NCBI GenBank assembly: GCA_038523235.1 | Contig: JBCBJQ010000011.1 | Location: forward strand, 32,001 to 96,000 | Length of the DNA stretch: 64,000 nucleotides | Direction: 5' to 3' | From: Cyanobacteria bacterium J06626_4 | Lineage (GTDB): Bacteria > Cyanobacteriota > Cyanobacteriia > Phormidesmidales > Phormidesmidaceae | Shown here: positions 1-10,335 of the stretch, in pieces | How the letters are laid out: every line of letters starts with the position of its first letter | How positions within the stretch are numbered: position 1 is the stretch's first letter | Program-made: the position numbers and the translations under genes | Notes under the pieces: generated by a model | The model's input: only the letters and a program-made list of their open reading frames with translations | What the model was told of the DNA's origin: nothing | The model's database searches: none

Positions 1-394
1 CTTGGGCATCCCCATGTTGGTGCTCTTGCCGACTCAGCAGCTCGAAGCGATGAACGCCTGGGATGGCATTTTAGGCTTGCTGGTGGCGCTGCCGCTGATT
101 GGCAAGCCATTGAATATTTTGATCAATCGCCTCTTTTTGGCCTACATTCACCGCCGCAACAAGCTATTTGCCTGGCCCAACATCTGGGCCGGACGCGAGA
201 TTGTGCCGGAGTTACTGGGTCACCTTGACGCCAAAACGGTGGGCGATCGCGTGCTCGATTATCTGGAACATCCCGAGCAACTCCAACAGATGCGCCACGA
301 TTTGCACCAGGCTCGCGGTGAACCCGGTGCCGCCCAAAAGCTGAGTGAACTGGTGTTACAGTTTCTGCCTTCGGCACCCCATCCCCGAGCTTGA
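1..394 (+). CDS. Lipid-A-disaccharide synthase-related (LpxB-like) glycosyltransferase, C-terminal part; 5'-truncated by the window edge
   Basis: LGIPMLVLLP...AWPNIWAGREIVPEL...RGEPGAAQKL resembles the LpxB-family C-terminus; frame is open from the window start. Confidence 0.65.
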   Translation, partial: LGIPMLVLLPTQQLEAMNAWDGILGLLVALPLIGKPLNILINRLFLAYIHRRNKLFAWPNIWAGREIVPELLGHLDAKTVGDRVLDYLEHPEQLQQMRHDLHQARGEPGAAQKLSELVLQFLPSAPHPRA

Positions 395-520
395 CTTACC
401 TGATTCACCATTAGGTGAGGCGTTTCCGACTAGAAGTCGGGAGCGTTCATCCCAGACAACGGTGCAGCCTTGAAAAGGCAAAGTTGTTACATCAGTACCC
501 AGCCATAAGAGGTTTCCCGC

Positions 521-1552
521 CTAAAAGAACCAGCCATAGCTGTGCAGACCTTTGCCCAGGATGTTGACGCCGAGATAGCACACCCAAACCACCATAAACC
601 CGGAGGCGGCTAAAATCGCCGGACGCCGGCCCTGCCAGCCCTTGGTAATGCGGGCATGCAGGTAGGCGGCAAACACCAGCCAGGTAATCAGCGCCCAGGT
701 TTCCTTCGGATCCCAGCTCCAGTAGGAGCCCCAAGCTTCGTTAGCCCAAACGGCTCCGGAAATAATACCAATAGTCAGCAGGGGAAAGCCCAAACCGATA
801 ATGCGGTAGCTGATGTTGTCGAGGGTGTCGGCCAGCGTCAGGCGCTGGGGTGTTAGCTTTGCGGCTGCAGGAGTCGCGACGGTCGTTTTTTCGAGCACAG
901 CAGCCCCGCCCCCGGAACTGTTAATCACTGCCGTTGCCGGGGTAGCCACTGCTGTGGCCATCGGTGCTTCGCTAGCGCTGACGCCGTGACGCCGCAGCTT
1001 AGTCTCGCGAAAGCCACCGGTACCCACCGAACTGCCCCGCAGCTCGATCGCCTGGCCCCGCGTCACGATCAAAAAGGCGATCGCCATCAGGGCGCCCACC
1101 ATCAAAGCGGCGTAGCTGAGCAGCATGACGCTGACGTGCATCATCAGCCAGTTCGATTTCAACGCAGGCACGAGGGGTTCAGAAACTTGCATCGTGTCCG
1201 GCAGCGACAGGGCCGCAAAGGCGGTGATGCCCATGGCGATGGGGGCGGTCACGGCACCCACTAGGGCACTGCGGCTCATGCGCTCCGCCACCAGATGCAC
1301 GGCGGTAATGCCCCACACCACAAAAAACAGCGATTCGTACAGATTGCTCAGGGGAAAATAGCCGCCTTCAATCCACCGGGCGAGCAGCAAGGCCGCGATC
1401 GCCAGATTGCCCAGGGCCATGCCCATGGTGCCAAAGGCTGACAACACTTGAGCCTTCGGGAAAGCGACCCCAGCCCAGTACAGCAGCATCGTTGAAAAGA
1501 GGATGGCAAAGGCGGCGTTGTCCAACCATCCCTGAAGCGTTACAAGATCCAT
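521..1552 (-). CDS. ccsA: Cytochrome c biogenesis protein CcsA (system II; also labelled CcsB)
   Basis: [17 protein letters not shown] and the WWD motif [20 protein letters not shown]-terminal GLHSYGW. Confidence 0.95.
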   Translation of the reverse strand: MDLVTLQGWLDNAAFAILFSTMLLYWAGVAFPKAQVLSAFGTMGMALGNLAIAALLLARWIEGGYFPLSNLYESLFFVVWGITAVHLVAERMSRSALVGAVTAPIAMGITAFAALSLPDTMQVSEPLVPALKSNWLMMHVSVMLLSYAALMVGALMAIAFLIVTRGQAIELRGSSVGTGGFRETKLRRHGVSASEAPMATAVATPATAVINSSGGGAAVLEKTTVATPAAAKLTPQRLTLADTLDNISYRIIGLGFPLLTIGIISGAVWANEAWGSYWSWDPKETWALITWLVFAAYLHARITKGWQGRRPAILAASGFMVVWVCYLGVNILGKGLHSYGWFF

Positions 1553-2026
1553 CACGCTAGCGCTAAATTATCGTCTGCTCTCTATCCTACCGAGATATCT
1601 AACGGCAAACCAAAAAGTACAGTTAAGCCTTTTCTATCGTTTTGAGTGATGGGGCGGACTCGCGCGCACCGAAGCACGGCAATCCTCTCAAACATTGGGG
1701 CGACCAACTCATTGGGGACTAATTATTAGTCGGTAGTCTGCAATAGCTTCATCCAAGTGGGAGTGATGCATCAAAGGCTGATGGGGCGAGGATTACAGCT
1801 TTATCTAGCGGCATCGGCCAGCATCGTTTATCGATCGCCCCTGACCGATAATGTCTGAAAGCATTCGCTGGGGTCGAGCCTGATCGGTACTCTAAATCTT
1901 TGCAGGATTGAGCGAGCCTCACACAGAGTTCGGCTAAAGTTTGCAAAATCAGGGGTTTTGCATTTTTTAAGTGAATCTGTCGCGGTCAAGGGGTTAATTC
2001 ATCGGCTCATGGGGCAATATGAAACT

Positions 2027-2164
2027 GTCGAAAGACATCTAAGGCTGAGCTCAACTAAACCGAATGCTCTATACCTAGACCCCTAACTTCCCATTTCCCC
2101 CTTAAGTGGAAAACTCTATACCTAAAGCCCCCCCGGTGCCTTGTGTGTCGGGGGTTATTATTTT
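2027..2164 (+). ncRNA. Candidate small RNA, PsrR1 (SyR1)-like; 5' end approximate
   Basis: Non-coding interval with a -10-like CAATAT (2015-2020), the 11-mer CTCTATACCTA twice (2067-2077, 2114-2124), a C-rich linker and a GC stem plus T tail (2128-2164); layout resembles PsrR1 from memory. Confidence 0.5.
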
Positions 2165-2303
2165 GCAAGCGTTTGATTTCAGCCGGACTCTGACCGGGGT
2201 CGCCGGTCAACGCTCACTGGGCAAAGTGGCGAGTTTTGTTTGTCCGGAGGATAGAGTTTGAGCGCAGCGCTCGCATCGCCGCCTGGTCGGCATTTGAGTC
2301 TGG

Positions 2304-3437
2304 CTAGAAATCAACGCCGCGTTTGAGGTCAACACCCTTTTCGGCATAGTGCTTGTGGTTAAACACTTCAGAATGGGTGCTGGCGAGTTCGAAGTAGGCG
2401 GGCGGGTTTTTGCAGCGGCCCGTGATAATCACTTCGGTATCGCGAGGTTTGCGGAGCAGGGCCTGCACGATGGGCTCTGCGGGCAGCAGTTCGAGATCAA
2501 CGGTGGGATTCAACTCGTCTAAAATCACGGTTTTATAGAGGCCGGAGGCGATCGCTGTACCGGCCAGTTCCCACCCGCGCTCGGCCTCGACATAGTCAAT
2601 CTCTTGCTGTTGGCCGCGCCAGACGATGGCGTCTCGACCGCAGCGTTGATGATCAACCAGATGGGGATAGCTCTTACGCAGGGCGGAGATGGCCGCATCT
2701 TCGGTGTAGCCTTGACCGCCTTTGAGCCACTGCATCACCAACACTCGATGCGACTGGTCTTGGCTGATGCCTCGCCCGATCGCCTGCAGGGCTTTGCCCA
2801 GGGCGCTGGTCGATTTCCCTTTGCCATCACCGGTATAAATCTCGACGCCTTCGATGCCGGGCAGATCCATATTGCGGTGATGCTGCGGTTTCATCTCAGA
2901 ATGCAGGTTGGCCACGTCAATCAGCGGTTTGGGGGCGGCGCGGCCCGTGGCGATGACTTCCAAATGCTCGGGCTTGTGCTTGAGCGATTTCACCACATCA
3001 TCGACCGACAGCAGGCCCAGATCCAGCACCGGGTTGATCTCATCCAGCACCACGACGGAATAGAGGCCCGAGGCGATCGCGCCTTTGGCGACATCCCACC
3101 CGCGCTGCGCCTCTAAGCGATCAAATTTAGTGATGTCTTCCGGGCCAAAAAACTCAGCTCGCCCCGTGCGCACCTGGTCAATCAGGTGGGGAAAGCCGCG
3201 CTGTAGCGCTTCGATCGCCGCATCTTCGTCATAGGTGCGGCCGGGCCCTTTGAGAAACCGCAGCAGCAACACGCGGCTTTCCATAAAGTTTTGAATGCCA
3301 AGGCCAATAGACCGGAGCACCACGCCTAAGGCGACCTGCGACTTGCCTTTGCCCTCACCGTCATACACGTGAATTTGACCGGAAAGTCGTTCATTATTGA
3401 GTTGTGCCGTGCGAATGCCGATCCCAGTTCTGACCAT
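2304..3437 (-). CDS. cobO: Cob(I)yrinic acid a,c-diamide adenosyltransferase, tandem two-domain form
   Basis: Two CobA/CobO/BtuR repeats: IHVYDGEGKGKS...VVLDEIN...VIATGR and VEIYTGDGKGKS...VILDELN...VIITGR. Confidence 0.9.
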   Translation of the reverse strand: MVRTGIGIRTAQLNNERLSGQIHVYDGEGKGKSQVALGVVLRSIGLGIQNFMESRVLLLRFLKGPGRTYDEDAAIEALQRGFPHLIDQVRTGRAEFFGPEDITKFDRLEAQRGWDVAKGAIASGLYSVVVLDEINPVLDLGLLSVDDVVKSLKHKPEHLEVIATGRAAPKPLIDVANLHSEMKPQHHRNMDLPGIEGVEIYTGDGKGKSTSALGKALQAIGRGISQDQSHRVLVMQWLKGGQGYTEDAAISALRKSYPHLVDHQRCGRDAIVWRGQQQEIDYVEAERGWELAGTAIASGLYKTVILDELNPTVDLELLPAEPIVQALLRKPRDTEVIITGRCKNPPAYFELASTHSEVFNHKHYAEKGVDLKRGVDF

Positions 3438-3613
3438 TATGATGTTGCTATCAGCGTTAAGTTTTTAGCCGCTACAGCCTAAAATTCTACCGAACCCTGA
3501 GAGAAGGGGATACCCTGTTGCCTAGCACATTCAGCCTAGCGGCTGGCCGCAACGGCGGGTTGCCCCACTTTGCTTCTACCGTACTCTCTTAGTGATGCTT
3601 CTGCGCTGACCCC

Positions 3614-4177
3614 ATGCCCGTGTTTACCCTGTTTGACCAGACCGCTGTGCTGCCCCTAAAAGGCATCATTTTTCAGACGGTGCTGTTGCTGGTGGCGATC
3701 GTGTTAGAAGCCATTGTGTTACGGCAGCGCCTCCGGTTGGGGTTTCAGCCTAGCATTCGCTATGCGGCCACCATTAATTTATTAACGGTAGTTTTAGGGT
3801 GGATCGTGTTTTTGCAGGTCGAAAAGTTACTTCCCATCCCCGTGAGAACTCAGATTATCAGCTATGTGATGTTTGGCAACTTCTATGCCAATCCTTTATC
3901 CGGCAATCTGAACGTGGCGGTTGTGATCGCGGGTTTGGTTACTTTCTTTTTGACGTTTTGGGTCAAAGTCGTCGCGCTGGAGTGGCTGACATGGTCTGTT
4001 GGCACCCCAATCGTGCAGCGGGATGCCACGAGTAATGTGAGTCGGTTTCGGTATCGGCGATCGCCCACTCAAACGACCTCGCCCCACGTACTGGCAGTTT
4101 TGCAGGCCAACGCGCTGAGTTTTTCAGCCGTGTTGGTGCTCTTGCTGTTGCGCTATGGGTTGAGTCAACGCCTATGA
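3614..4177 (+). CDS. fraC: Filament integrity/septal junction protein FraC
   Basis: Membrane protein starting VLPLKGIIFQ..LLVAIVLEA, with C-terminal AVLQANALS; first gene of a fraC-fraD-fraE arrangement. Confidence 0.75.
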   Translation: MPVFTLFDQTAVLPLKGIIFQTVLLLVAIVLEAIVLRQRLRLGFQPSIRYAATINLLTVVLGWIVFLQVEKLLPIPVRTQIISYVMFGNFYANPLSGNLNVAVVIAGLVTFFLTFWVKVVALEWLTWSVGTPIVQRDATSNVSRFRYRRSPTQTTSPHVLAVLQANALSFSAVLVLLLLRYGLSQRL

Positions 4178-5172
4178 TCAGGCTGCTGCAAATCCTCTGG
4201 GGCTGGATCTCAAACATTGTCTTTCCCAAAGACTATTACGCGTGGCAAACCCTGATTTATTTGGGCTTTTTCTCCTTCGCAATGTCTTGGGTCGCCCGTT
4301 TGGCAGTCGGTGAGAGCATTACCGTCAACGTTATTGCCACTGCGGGCTGGATATTTTTTGCCCTCGGCATTGGCTGGCTGCTAGAAGATGCCAAGGTGCG
4401 ATTATTTGGTTTGCCGGTAGCCCCGTGGGTCATGGGGGCGATTGTCTGTACCTACTTCTTTGGCCTCGTGCCCTGGCTCGATTGGGATAACGGTTTCGTG
4501 GCTTGGCCGCTCGTCTCGGTGGCGATTGTCGCGATTCCGCAATTTCTTACCTGGGAGCTGCGCCCGAAACTTCCTGCCCCCATGATGCGTCAGCAGCTGA
4601 TTTTGCTTTTGCTCATTGCCCTGCTGTTGAGCAATTGGTTTCAATTTTACTTTCGCTTACAAAGCTGGTTAGACGATTATCCAAGCCTACTGGCGGATGA
4701 CTTTAGCCGCAGTGGCTTTGTGGTGAAACTGCCCGATCAAGGGGAAGACCAAGCCCGCGGCATTGTGCTACTCACTCGCACCGAAATTGAAATCAAAGCG
4801 GATCTGGAAAGCACCCCTTGGCCCCACGTCGAGCGCTGGCTGCTGAATATGAATGAACACCTGGCGAGTATCGAAGACACCATCATGGTGAGTCTCGAAT
4901 CTTCTAAAGAAGGCAATTTGTGGCAACTGGCGGGATTCCGGCGCGGGGCCGACAATAACGGCTATACGCTAGATTTGATGGCCATCTGGTCAGGCCCCTC
5001 AGCAAATAGAGAGGGCTATTATTTGGAAAAGATCTGCACCGTGCAGCCGCGATCGCCAGGTGCCAGCACCCGCGAAGCAGAGATCGACAGCCCACCGACA
5101 CCGTTGGCAGTGGTGGAGTGTAACCTCGAGATTGTCAAACATCCGGGCCAGCCGACCGTGGTGGAGAGCTGA
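4174..5172 (+). CDS. fraD: Septal junction protein FraD (DUF5357)
   Basis: About 5 N-terminal TM helices, WFQFYFRLQSWLDDYPSLLADDFSRSGFV motif, periplasmic C-domain with two Cys; ATGA overlap with fraC. Confidence 0.8.
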   Translation: MIRLLQILWGWISNIVFPKDYYAWQTLIYLGFFSFAMSWVARLAVGESITVNVIATAGWIFFALGIGWLLEDAKVRLFGLPVAPWVMGAIVCTYFFGLVPWLDWDNGFVAWPLVSVAIVAIPQFLTWELRPKLPAPMMRQQLILLLLIALLLSNWFQFYFRLQSWLDDYPSLLADDFSRSGFVVKLPDQGEDQARGIVLLTRTEIEIKADLESTPWPHVERWLLNMNEHLASIEDTIMVSLESSKEGNLWQLAGFRRGADNNGYTLDLMAIWSGPSANREGYYLEKICTVQPRSPGASTREAEIDSPPTPLAVVECNLEIVKHPGQPTVVES

Positions 5173-5245
5173 CCTCGCCCGTGACGGGGCCAGCGCCGCG
5201 GCCCAGACGTCGTATTATCAGGTCTTAAGCAAGTTTGTGGCAATC

Positions 5246-6025
5246 ATGAGTCTGTCGCGTATTTGGGTCATTGCGACGAATGTCTATAAAGAAGTCATCC
5301 GCGATCGGGTGCTTTATCTCGTCGCGGTATATGCCGTGTTGTTGTTCGGGGCGGCGGCGCTGCTACCGGATGTCGCGGGCGGTGCCCAGGACAAAATCAC
5401 CCTTGACTTGGGGCTTGCCGGCATTCATCTTTTGGGGTTAGTTGTCACCGTGTTTGTCGGCACGGGGCTCATCAATAAAGAAATTGAGAAACGCACGGTT
5501 TTAGTGCTGATCTCGAAGCCCATTAGCCGTCTGGAATTTATTTTGGGTAAGCATCTGGGGTTATCGGCGGTGCTGGCGGTGCTGATAGCGCTCTTGACGG
5601 TGGTTTATCTGGCCGTGTTGGCGGTCAATCAAATTCCCTTTTCGGTCGTCAGCCTGTTGCTGGCAGTGCTATTCACCGGCTTAGAGATGGCCCTACTGAC
5701 CGCAGCGGCATTGCTGTTTGGCGTGTTTACCAGTTCTTTGTTGGCGACGCTGTTGACGATCGGCGTCTATTTGATGGGGCACCTGAGCCAAGACATGGTG
5801 GCCCTAGGTAAGTTGAGCGAAAGCACGACGTTTCAGAACGTCGCTAATGCCCTATATCTGATTCTGCCTGACTTAGAGCGGCTCAACTTACGCAATGAAG
5901 CAGTTTATGGCTTGGCGATTTTTCCTTCGGCGATAGAGCTGACGGGGCACTTTATCTATGGGGTACTGTACACGTGCCTGCTGCTCGCCGTGACGGTCGC
6001 TGTTTTGACCCGACGACAGTTTTAG
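5246..6025 (+). CDS. fraE: ABC-2-type permease FraE
   Basis: MSLSRIWVIATNVYKEVIRDRVLY, EIEKRT..VLISKPISRLEFILGK; third gene of the fra operon; start moved to ATG 5246. Confidence 0.75.
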   Translation: MSLSRIWVIATNVYKEVIRDRVLYLVAVYAVLLFGAAALLPDVAGGAQDKITLDLGLAGIHLLGLVVTVFVGTGLINKEIEKRTVLVLISKPISRLEFILGKHLGLSAVLAVLIALLTVVYLAVLAVNQIPFSVVSLLLAVLFTGLEMALLTAAALLFGVFTSSLLATLLTIGVYLMGHLSQDMVALGKLSESTTFQNVANALYLILPDLERLNLRNEAVYGLAIFPSAIELTGHFIYGVLYTCLLLAVTVAVLTRRQF

Positions 6026-6244
6026 GCGCTGCCTCAGTAGGACGGCTCCAATGTCTACAGCACAACGGTTGCAACCCTGAGCTGGGTGTGTGGTGCGGGT
6101 GCGGCAAGCTGATCCTCCGTTTGGCAGTCAACTAATGACACCCCCTAGAACCGCTGTCTGCGCGATCGCCCCATTTTTGAGAGCGTCGAGCGCCGCGCTA
6201 CCGGGTTCTGAGGGCGGTCAAGGAGTTGGGCAAACGGCAGACGA

Positions 6245-7099
6245 TTAGGCCGATAGACGGGTGAGCAACACCGGACAGGGCGTATAGACCCTGACATAGT
6301 CAGACAATGACTCGCCGAGCAAGCGATCCAGGTCTGGCAAACCTTTCGCGATCGAGGGACGGCGATCAGGGGACCCCAAAATAATCAGATCCACATTTTT
6401 GTCTTCAGCCAGCTGACAGATGCGGCGACCGGCTTTGCCCTCAGGGGCGGCTAGGGCCGTCTTGATGCCATATCGCTTGGCCTCAGCCGCCGCTTGGACG
6501 AGCACAGGGTCTTGCTTGGGGTCAGATTCGGTTTCGTCAAAGGGCCGCGACTTGAGGTTCGACACGCTGTGCACTAGCAACAACTCGCTATTGCTCACAT
6601 CTCGCAGCAGGCTGATGCCCAACTTCAGCCCTTCTTGAGCTGAGTCTGATTTATCCATCGCGATCATGACCCGCTTCACGGGACGAATGCTGTAAAGGTC
6701 ATCTTTGACCAACAACATTGGCCGAGAAGAGAGCTGAAACACGTACTGGCTAACAGAATTGTCAAGAATTGCCTTGAGCCCCTTTAAGCCGCGAGAGCCC
6801 ATGATGATCAGGTCGGCATCCGTTTCGTTGGCCACATTGACCACCACATCTTTGGGATCGCCTTCTCGGAGCATCGCCGTCACGTGAGTCGGATCCAACT
6901 TCAGGGTATTGATGGCTTCTGCTAAGGTACGGCCACCAAGTTCCCATTTAGCCGTCATATCTTCCGCAGAAACTTGCGAAGGCACCACGTGCAAAACGGT
7001 GATGTCGGCTCGCTGAATGAGGGGAATCTCCATCAAAACTTTCATCATGGCCTCGGTATTACCGGCGCCAGAATCTGCGAGAAGAATTTTTTCGATCAT
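6245..7099 (-). CDS. Universal stress protein with tandem Usp domains
   Basis: KILLADSG, DLIIMGSRG...SVSQYV, second domain DLIILGS...SLSDYV..PCPVLL. Confidence 0.9.
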   Translation of the reverse strand: MIEKILLADSGAGNTEAMMKVLMEIPLIQRADITVLHVVPSQVSAEDMTAKWELGGRTLAEAINTLKLDPTHVTAMLREGDPKDVVVNVANETDADLIIMGSRGLKGLKAILDNSVSQYVFQLSSRPMLLVKDDLYSIRPVKRVMIAMDKSDSAQEGLKLGISLLRDVSNSELLLVHSVSNLKSRPFDETESDPKQDPVLVQAAAEAKRYGIKTALAAPEGKAGRRICQLAEDKNVDLIILGSPDRRPSIAKGLPDLDRLLGESLSDYVRVYTPCPVLLTRLSA

Positions 7100-7514
7100 G
7101 ATGACCTCGTAGGTATGCCGCTATTCGGTCGGCTCAGGTTGACAGGCGGACGCGTCGACTACAGCGTCAATTCACAGACAGCGGTTAACTGCCCGGCTCA
7201 GCCAGCCAGGAATTGAGAAGAACCGTAGGATTTTTGCCCATTGAGAACGGGCGCTACCCAGTCCTTTTTAGGAAAAGCCTTATATAACAAGGGTTTTGCG
7301 CTGTACGTTAATAATAAACAGCTAACTTCATACAGGTTTGAACGATTTCATAATTCGTAGCAACCGACACTTAAGGTGCGTCAGCTATTCACGCCCCTAA
7401 TCGTTGGGCAGGGAGGGGATTCCCGTTTCGAGAGGCTGCGCCAACGTTCGCTCGCTCGCCCCAACAACGCGATAAAGGCTGGTAAGGTAGGCGAGGTTTC
7501 TTGTTTGAAGTTGA

Positions 7515-7961
7515 ATGGCCCCATCCCCGATCGCCCCACCGGCTGCTTTTGCCTACCCAGTGCGTGTGCAGCCCCACCATACTGACTATGGTGGCGTCGT
7601 GTGGCACGGCACCTATATCACCTGGATGGAGTCAGCCCGAATTGAGTATTTGCGATCGCATGACATTGATTTTGCCAATTGGGTTGGCTGTGGTGTCGAT
7701 TTGCCCGTCGTGGATTTGTCATTGCAATATCATCAGCCGTTGCGCTTAGGCGACGAAGCCGTAGTGCTGGCTTGGCCGCAGCCGCGTCGTGGAATTCGAG
7801 TTGTCTGGCAGTACCAGATTCAAAACCAGGCCACTCAAGCCACTTGTGTGACTGGCGTCGTCACGTTGGTGCCCGTCAATACCCAGCAGCGCAAGATTTT
7901 GCGGCAACTCCCCGAACCGATTAAATCTGACTTTGACCGACTCTATGCCTCGGTGGTCTAG
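7515..7961 (+). CDS. Acyl-CoA thioesterase (4HBT/YbgC family)
   Basis: HTDYGGVVWHGTYITWMESAR hotdog-fold motif. Confidence 0.85.
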   Translation: MAPSPIAPPAAFAYPVRVQPHHTDYGGVVWHGTYITWMESARIEYLRSHDIDFANWVGCGVDLPVVDLSLQYHQPLRLGDEAVVLAWPQPRRGIRVVWQYQIQNQATQATCVTGVVTLVPVNTQQRKILRQLPEPIKSDFDRLYASVV

Positions 7962-7998
7962 TGGCCTGTCAGGCTGGATGTGGTCAGAGCGTCATCCC

Positions 7999-8310
7999 CT
8001 AAATGCTGCCTGCCTGCTCGACGACCAAAATGCGCGCGGCGCCGATGGGGTGGGCGACATGCTCAGTGCCCACAGTGGCAAAGGCAATATCGCCTGGCTG
8101 CAGCCGGACCACCTGCACGGTTTCGTCTTGCCGGTAATGCATATCAACCGTGCCATCCAGCACGACAAATACCTCTTCGCCATCGTTGATGTGCCACTGA
8201 TAGGGCTGATCAGTCCAGTGCAGGCGAGTGGTGATGCCATTCATATTGGCGATGTTGATCGCCCCCCAGGGGCGATCAGCTTTGAAGGCTTTGCTGTGGA
8301 TGATTTTCAC
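7999..8310 (-). CDS. Cupin domain protein
   Basis: WHINDGEEVFVVLDG and GTEHVAHP cupin motifs. Confidence 0.85.
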   Translation of the reverse strand: MKIIHSKAFKADRPWGAINIANMNGITTRLHWTDQPYQWHINDGEEVFVVLDGTVDMHYRQDETVQVVRLQPGDIAFATVGTEHVAHPIGAARILVVEQAGSI

Positions 8311-8328
8311 AAACGTGAGCGGGCTCGG

Positions 8329-8634
8329 TTAAAAAGGCAGATTGACCGATTCTAAAAGACTGATGAGACCTTTCGTCATTCTTTGCCCCAAGATGGCGGA
8401 CAAGAGGCCACAAACCAGGGGCACGGCGATCGCACCCACCTGTTGGCCGCGATTGAGGGCCGCCCAACTGCCATAGGTCATGTCTACCGAGAGGGAGGCG
8501 TAAACAAACACGACCAGACCACTAATCGCCACCCCAATTAAAAAGTTGCGCAGCAGGCTAACCGCCTTTGAGGTCGCTGGGTTAGCCCGATCAGCACTGT
8601 CTGAGGCTAAGGGGGAATCGGGTTCAAAAGACAT
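8329..8634 (-). CDS. Hypothetical membrane protein (2 TM)
   Basis: Two hydrophobic segments; likely start ATG 8634. Confidence 0.55.
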   Translation of the reverse strand: MSFEPDSPLASDSADRANPATSKAVSLLRNFLIGVAISGLVVFVYASLSVDMTYGSWAALNRGQQVGAIAVPLVCGLLSAILGQRMTKGLISLLESVNLPF

Positions 8635-8893
8635 CGGTAAACTCTCAAAGGCATTGATGTCAGCATAGGCGACGCGATGGCGATCGGCCTTCCTGCCACT
8701 GGGTTCACCAAGTTGGGTGAGGGTCAATGTCTCCAGGGAATGTCCTCGGCGCCGGCCAGGCAGGCAATGTCTCGGAGCCTCAGCGCAAACTATTTCAGTC
8801 AAACCCTGGCCAGAAAATGGAAAAAGCCGGTTTGAACATCCCCCCTGAGCGGCTTGTTAAGCTAAACCCAACAGTGCTCTTTCCTTCCTGATC

Positions 8894-10267
8894 ATGCCAA
8901 CAATTCCTCAAACTCAAACGCCGCCGTACCTACAGTTGGCTAACTGGATCTTTCGACCATTGGCCTATATGGAAGCGAACGCTCGGCGCTATGGCGATTT
9001 CTTTTTTGCCAAATGGGGGCTGCTGGACTGGATCTTTGTCAGCCATCCAGAGGCGCTCAAAACCATCTTGACCCAAGACCAGGGGCCCACCATCACGGCC
9101 CCTGGCGATGCCAACAAGATATTAGAACCGCTGCTGGGCAAGCATTCGGTTATTTTGCTGAACGGTGAGCAGCACCAGCAACGCCGCAAGCTGATCATGC
9201 CGCCCTTTCACGGCGAACGGCTGAAGGTTTACGCCGATTTGATTCAAACCATCACGCGATCGCTGATGGATGAGATGACTGTGGGGCAATCCTTTCGAGC
9301 GCGAGACGTCATGCAAAAAATCACCATGCGGGTGATTTTGCAGGCGATCTTTGGTCTGCATGAGGGCGAGCGCTATCGCCGCCTTGAAACCCTACTGGCC
9401 GAACGGCTCGACATGCTCAGCAGTCCCCTGGCCTCAACGGTGGTGTTCTTTCCGCTGTTACAGACCGACCTGGGTGACTGGAGCCCCGGCGCTAAGCTGG
9501 CTAAGCAAAGTCAAGAGATTGACGAGTTGCTCTATGCTGAAATCAGCGATCGCCGGGCCGCGCCCGACTCAGATCGCGACGATATTTTATCCTTGCTGTT
9601 GCAAACCACCGATGAAGACGGCAATGGGCTGAGTGACCAAGAACTGCGCGATGAGCTGATGACCCTTTTGGTGGCAGGGCATGAAACCACCGCCACGGCC
9701 CTCACCTGGAGCCTATATTGGGCGCACCACCAGCCCATAATTAAAGAGCAGGTGCAGCAGGAAATTGAGGCGGCAGGCGCGGGCGATGATGCCTTGGCTC
9801 TAACCAAACTGCCCTATCTCAGCGCGGTCTGCAACGAGACCCTGCGCATTTATCCAGTGGCGATGCTGACCTTTCCTCGGCTGACCCATGAACCGTTGGA
9901 ATTGATGGGGCATCCCATTGCCCCCAACACGCTGCTGGTGGGCTGTATTTACCTCTTGCACCACCGTGAAGATCTGTACCCTGAGCCCGACAAATTCCGG
10001 CCAGAGCGGTTTTTAGAGCGGCAGTTCTCAGCGTTTGAGTTTATGCCGTTTGGGGCAGGGGCGCGGCGCTGTGTTGGCTATGCCCTGGCCATGTATGAGC
10101 TGAAAATTGCCCTGGGAACCCTGCTGAGCGACTATGACTTGGCGCTGACTCGCGATCGCCCCCTACCGCCCGAGCGACGAGGCGTCACCCTCGGCATGAA
10201 AGGCGACGTCGAGATGGTTTTTAACGGCAAGCGGGCGGTTGCCCCCCCGGCTTTGGCCCAGATTTAA
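8894..10267 (+). CDS. Cytochrome P450 (CYP110-like)
   Basis: AGHETT I-helix, ETLR, PERF and heme motif FGAGARRCVG. Confidence 0.95.
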   Translation: MPTIPQTQTPPYLQLANWIFRPLAYMEANARRYGDFFFAKWGLLDWIFVSHPEALKTILTQDQGPTITAPGDANKILEPLLGKHSVILLNGEQHQQRRKLIMPPFHGERLKVYADLIQTITRSLMDEMTVGQSFRARDVMQKITMRVILQAIFGLHEGERYRRLETLLAERLDMLSSPLASTVVFFPLLQTDLGDWSPGAKLAKQSQEIDELLYAEISDRRAAPDSDRDDILSLLLQTTDEDGNGLSDQELRDELMTLLVAGHETTATALTWSLYWAHHQPIIKEQVQQEIEAAGAGDDALALTKLPYLSAVCNETLRIYPVAMLTFPRLTHEPLELMGHPIAPNTLLVGCIYLLHHREDLYPEPDKFRPERFLERQFSAFEFMPFGAGARRCVGYALAMYELKIALGTLLSDYDLALTRDRPLPPERRGVTLGMKGDVEMVFNGKRAVAPPALAQI

Positions 10268-10335
10268 TCCCCCTCTACTCACTCGCGACTTTCTACTGGA
10301 TACTAAAAGCAGCAGCTTTCACAGCGTGTAAGACC

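Noticed and set aside
2080..2101. Complementarity between the sRNA C-rich linker and the G-rich repeat at 30054-30081
   Set aside because: Both sequences are low complexity, so a chance match is likely
2604..3116. Long antisense or alternate-frame ORFs (also 26934-27404, 32644-33171, 40070-40642)
   Set aside because: Shadows of well-supported genes in GC-rich coding DNA
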